DNA of 15,634 nucleotides from IMG/VR virus record IMGVR_UViG_2713896900_000009; one strand, written 5' to 3'. The DNA comes from a virus. Lineage: Duplodnaviria; Heunggongvirae; Uroviricota; Caudoviricetes. Positions 13,689 through 15,634 of this stretch are shown piece after piece (the first letter of the stretch is position 1; each line of letters starts with the position of its first letter). The position numbers and the translations under genes were made by a program. Below the pieces are notes generated by a model. The model had not been told where the DNA came from. It did not search any database and worked only from the letters and a program-made list of their open reading frames with translations.

Positions 13689-14237
13689 ATGTCATTTATT
13701 AAAACTTTTTCCGGGAAGCATTTTTATTATGACAAGATAAATAAAGACGACATCGATATTAACGATATCGCGGTTTCCCTTTCAAATATCTGTCGCTTTA
13801 CCGGTCATCTTTCGCACTTCTACAGCGTCGCCCAACATGCGGTGCTTTGCAGCCAGCTGGTACCGCAGGAATTTGCTTTTGAAGCGTTAATGCATGATGC
13901 AACAGAAGCGTATTGCCAGGACATCCCCGCACCACTGAAACGCCTTCTTCCTGACTATAAACGGATGGAAGAAAAAATAGACACCATAATCCGTGAGAAA
14001 TACGGGTTACCCCCGGTTATGAGCACGTCTGTGAAATATGCCGATCTCATCATGCTGGCAACCGAACGCCGCGATCTCGGGCTTGATGATGGCTCTTTCT
14101 GGCCTGTACTGGAAGGTATCCCGGCAACAGAGATGTTCAACGTGATTCCACTGGCACCGGGCCATGCCTACGGGATGTTTATGGAACGCTTTAAAGAGCT
14201 GCATAAGATGCATAAACAATCCAGACAGCGAAATTAA
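13689..14237 (+). CDS. yfdR: HD-domain phosphohydrolase, YfdR-like
   Basis: His and His-Asp motifs characteristic of HD domains (GHLSHFYSVAQHAVL; LMHDATEAY). Start at the Met with GGAGAA 5 nt upstream (ATG at 13689; track ORF starts at 13662). Resembles E. coli prophage YfdR as I recall it. Confidence 0.6.
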   Translation: MSFIKTFSGKHFYYDKINKDDIDINDIAVSLSNICRFTGHLSHFYSVAQHAVLCSQLVPQEFAFEALMHDATEAYCQDIPAPLKRLLPDYKRMEEKIDTIIREKYGLPPVMSTSVKYADLIMLATERRDLGLDDGSFWPVLEGIPATEMFNVIPLAPGHAYGMFMERFKELHKMHKQSRQRN

Positions 14238-14280
14238 CTAGTGAAATAGTTTTGTAGCAAAAGAAATGAGGTTATCAAAA

Positions 14281-14526
14281 ATGCTTCAAATGCTGACACT
14301 TGAGGAATGGGCTGCGGAAAAATACAGAAGTAATCCTCCAAGCGTGTCCACATTGCGTCGTTATGCTAAGCAGAATTTATTTTGTCCACCGGCAATGAAA
14401 CAAGGTCGACTATGGCGAGTGCGTGAGGACGCAGAGTTAGTTGGGGAATTAGTTACTCCTGTCATCAAGAAAAATGATTCTATTATTCTACAAAGGATTT
14501 TAAGTAATGGCAGCCAGACCACGTAA
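14281..14526 (+). CDS. xis: Excisionase (lambda Xis-like)
   Basis: The translation MLTLEEWAAEKYRSNPPSVSTLRRYAKQNLFCPPAMKQGRLWRVRED aligns by eye with lambda Xis (MYLTLQEWNARQRRPRSLETVRRWVRECRIFPPPVKDGREYLFHE). Its 3' end overlaps the integrase start, as in lambda. Start is assigned at the Met preceded by GAGG (track ORF starts at 14266). Confidence 0.7.
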   Translation: MLQMLTLEEWAAEKYRSNPPSVSTLRRYAKQNLFCPPAMKQGRLWRVREDAELVGELVTPVIKKNDSIILQRILSNGSQTT

Positions 14527-15634
14527 AAATAATGTTTCAGTCCCGAACTTGTATCCGCTTTATAGTAGAAAAGTAAATAAAGTCTATTGGCGATATAAAC
14601 ATCCAGTGACCGGGAAGTTTCATTCTTTAGGCACAAACGAAGCTGAAGCCATTGCTATTGCCACTGAGGCAAATTCACGCCTGGCTGAGCAAAGAACCCG
14701 GCAGATTCTGGCTATCAGTGACAGGATCGCAACCAGCAAAGGAAAAGCAATCACAACGTCAACCTGGTTAGATCGCTATCAAGCAATCCAGGATGACAGA
14801 CTGGAAAGTGGCGATATAAAGCTAAACACCTATAAACAGAAAGCCAAACCAGTATCCTTGCTCAGGGAACGAGCAGGAATGAAATTAATTTCATCAGTTG
14901 ATGTAAGGGATATAGCACAATTACTTGACGAGTATATCACTGCCGGGCAACCGAGGATGGCGCAAGTAGTCCGCTCCGTTCTAATTGATGTATTCAAGGA
15001 GGCACAACACTATGGGGAAGTCCCTCCGGGCTATAATCCAGCACTGGCAACCAAACAACCCAGAAGAAAAATTACCCGACAACGGTTAAGTCTTGAAGAA
15101 TGGCAAAAAATCTTTGATATCGCAGATGCCCGCCATCGTTATATGGGGAATGCCATGCTGTTAGCACTGGTTACCGGCCAACGGTTAGGTGATATCTCAC
15201 GTATGAAATTTAGCGATATTTGGGATGATCATCTTCACGTCATCCAAGAAAAAACCGGGAGCAAAATCGCCATCCCGCTTTCCCTTCGCCTCAATGCAAT
15301 TAACTGGAGTTTACGCGATGTAGTAGCCCGCTGCCGTGACTATGCAGTCAGCCCATACCTTGTACATTTTTTTCGTACTACTTCACAGGCTGAACGTGGC
15401 GCGCAAGTAAAAGCCAATACATTGACGATGAATTTCAGTAAAGCGAGGGATTTAGCAGGCATTGACTGGGGTGAAGGTTCGCCAGCCACATTCCATGAAC
15501 AAAGATCTTTATCTGAACGCCTATACAAAGAACAGGGGTTAGACACACAAAAACTACTAGGCCATAAATCTCCAATACAGACGGCTCGATACCATGATGA
15601 TCGAGGGAAAGACTGGTTGAAAATTCAAATATAA
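14507..15634 (+). CDS. int: Tyrosine integrase (lambda Int family)
   Basis: 375 aa. The C-terminus LLGHKSPIQTARYHDDRGKDWLKIQI matches the lambda Int catalytic end (HxxR...Y motif; lambda ends ...YRDDRGREWDKIEIK). N-terminal arm-binding-like region. Last gene in the window, so the attachment site is expected just beyond 15634. Confidence 0.9.
   Translation: MAARPRKNNVSVPNLYPLYSRKVNKVYWRYKHPVTGKFHSLGTNEAEAIAIATEANSRLAEQRTRQILAISDRIATSKGKAITTSTWLDRYQAIQDDRLESGDIKLNTYKQKAKPVSLLRERAGMKLISSVDVRDIAQLLDEYITAGQPRMAQVVRSVLIDVFKEAQHYGEVPPGYNPALATKQPRRKITRQRLSLEEWQKIFDIADARHRYMGNAMLLALVTGQRLGDISRMKFSDIWDDHLHVIQEKTGSKIAIPLSLRLNAINWSLRDVVARCRDYAVSPYLVHFFRTTSQAERGAQVKANTLTMNFSKARDLAGIDWGEGSPATFHEQRSLSERLYKEQGLDTQKLLGHKSPIQTARYHDDRGKDWLKIQI

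Overview
This window reads as the left half of a lambdoid (lambda-like) prophage of an enterobacterial host, probably Escherichia coli, judged from my recollection of the proteins it encodes. No searches were run, so all product calls rest on reading the ORF translations and the DNA by eye. On the + strand, from the high-coordinate end inward, lie integrase (14507-15634), excisionase (14281-14526), a YfdP/YfdQ/YfdR-like early-left cluster (12309-14237) and an S24-peptidase CI repressor (10565-11239). On the - strand, running toward coordinate 1, lie a Cro/YdaS-like gene, a YdaT/CII-like gene, a replication initiator with internal iteron repeats, a tightly packed nin-like block (PerC-like, Dam-like methyltransferase, LexA-DNA-binding-domain protein, RusA, KilA-N antirepressor, DUF968), the Q antiterminator, a second DNA methyltransferase and a lambda-type lysis cassette (S, R, Rz with embedded Rz1). 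The strongest candidate for something undescribed is an AT-rich, opposite-strand gene (3424-4308) wedged between Q and the late operon and bracketed by hairpin terminators; it encodes a membrane protein whose C-terminus resembles a potassium-channel pore module. Other points worth a second look are a hairpin-dense, apparently non-coding GC-rich block (about 11975-12300), a convergent overlapping small-ORF pair next to cI, a repeated TGTAC-N7-GTACA operator motif, and the iterons inside the initiator gene.
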